From contig CM022671.1 in assembly GCA_012295275.1 (NCBI GenBank), positions 24,242,001 through 24,306,000 of the forward strand: a stretch of 64,000 nucleotides of DNA, read 5' to 3'. Each line of letters begins with the position of its first letter. Position 1 is the first letter of the stretch. This document shows positions 62,835 to 64,000 of the stretch, piece by piece. The stretch is from Chrysomallon squamiferum (lineage: Eukaryota; Animalia; Mollusca). The notes under the pieces were generated by a model. It saw nothing but the letters and a program-made list of their open reading frames with translations. It was not told the origin of the DNA and ran no database searches. Position numbers and translations under genes: made by a program.

Positions 62835-63093
62835 CTATCCTCCACAATAATAAAATAGATCAACCGTGTAATCTGCATGTTATTGAATTATTAAGTATTT
62901 TTTGTGTCCACTTCAAAAAATGGGCATTGCAATAGAATGGATCAGTTTTCTATTCCTCAGAGCTGAATTAAGTTTCTTAATTTTCTTTAAAACCTTTTTG
63001 TAATGTAATTTTTCGTTTTTTATTTTATTTTATTTTAATTTATTTTATTTTATTATTATCATCATCATCATCATTATTATTATTATGATTATG

Positions 63094-63136
<43 letters not shown>

Positions 63137-63257
63137 TTTATTGTCACTGTTTTGAAGGTGAAGGTTAAAAAACACAAAAAAACGTCATAAGCTGGACTAT
63201 TTAAACGTTATCTCGATGGTTATCGTCAGAAGCGAGAATCATACTAATTTGTAAACA

Positions 63258-63998
63258 ATGCACCTGTTCAACAAATATTTATTTTGTTTATCCATGATAG
63301 AATATCTTTATCAACCGACGCTTGAGATGGTAGACATGAATATTCATGAACTTCAGTTTGTGGCTGATCACCTTACCACAAAGGAATGCCTAACTTTAAG
63401 TGCCGCTCTACAAGAAAAGTCATTTCAGCTTGATTTCAGTAAACTGACAGCTTCAGAATCACACATTCGCAGTAAGCCATGTCTGTTGCTTCTTCTCGAA
63501 TATGACAGAGGATATGGACGTCGCAAAACGTTTCAAGATTTGGCATTACGTCTCCGAGAGATCGGTAAACCGAAACTGGCCGACAAACTGTCGAAAACAG
63601 TATATCACGAAGAAGCTTTGGCAATCAGGAGAAACTTTTTGAACGACCCTTTTAAGAAAATGATTCCATCAAAATCTGCGGTTTTGGATGAAGAGGTGTC
63701 TGCTACTGTACTTACACCAGCTTTCGTACGAGATAGATTTTGGACACCAACGATGATCTGGAGTGTAGTGTTAGGAACAGTATCTGGACTTATTATGCTT
63801 TCTTTAGCCTTCGAATATTTTTGTCCAAGAGCCTTGCCTAACATTTGCTATGAGATTTGCCCGAAGTCGTGTACTGTACGTTGGATTGCTTGTAAAATGG
63901 GTATGAAAGCCTGGTGCAAAGGATTACGAACAGATATTATGAAAACTGTAACCGGCAATAAAACTGTCATAGATGATGGTGAATTTTATTTAATTTAG
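63258..63998 (+). CDS. Transmembrane and death-domain protein (TMDD1-like), 246-aa single ORF
   Basis: Long non-repetitive ORF. LQFVADHLTTKEC...CLLLLLEY...TFQDLALRLREIGKPKLADKL fits a death-fold pattern; hydrophobic span MIWSVVLGTVSGLIMLSLAF; Cys-rich tail. The true start may lie in an upstream exon. Confidence 0.65.
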   Translation: MHLFNKYLFCLSMIEYLYQPTLEMVDMNIHELQFVADHLTTKECLTLSAALQEKSFQLDFSKLTASESHIRSKPCLLLLLEYDRGYGRRKTFQDLALRLREIGKPKLADKLSKTVYHEEALAIRRNFLNDPFKKMIPSKSAVLDEEVSATVLTPAFVRDRFWTPTMIWSVVLGTVSGLIMLSLAFEYFCPRALPNICYEICPKSCTVRWIACKMGMKAWCKGLRTDIMKTVTGNKTVIDDGEFYLI

Positions 63999-64000
63999 AA

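Overview
AT-rich, microsatellite-dense, intron-containing animal genomic DNA. It looks lophotrochozoan or molluscan, possibly cephalopod; this is inference from composition and gene content, not proven. Most ORFs in the supplied track are microsatellite artefacts, so genes were rebuilt by hand from splice signals. Contents left to right: (1) two tandem minus-strand, multi-exon DUF4874/DUF4832-type secreted putative glycoside hydrolases; the left one has a 1-nt frameshift and runs off the window, the right one ends in a CBM-like domain; (2) a 5-exon secreted BRICHOS-like gene with a GC-AG intron and an inverted copy of its own exon 4 inside intron 2; (3) a 62-aa secreted polycationic leucine-zipper micropeptide gene absent from the ORF track; (4) four tandem paralogues of the BRICHOS-like gene, each with a variable-length (GQGRGL)n insert inside the domain, copy 3 frameshifted; (5) a Tigger/pogo deletion derivative; (6) SPATA22; (7) a TMDD1-like death-domain/transmembrane ORF. 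The first ~52 kb holds eight co-oriented genes for predicted secreted proteins and is the best candidate for an undescribed system (extracellular matrix/biomaterial or surface defence). All family assignments come from motif recognition, not database searches.
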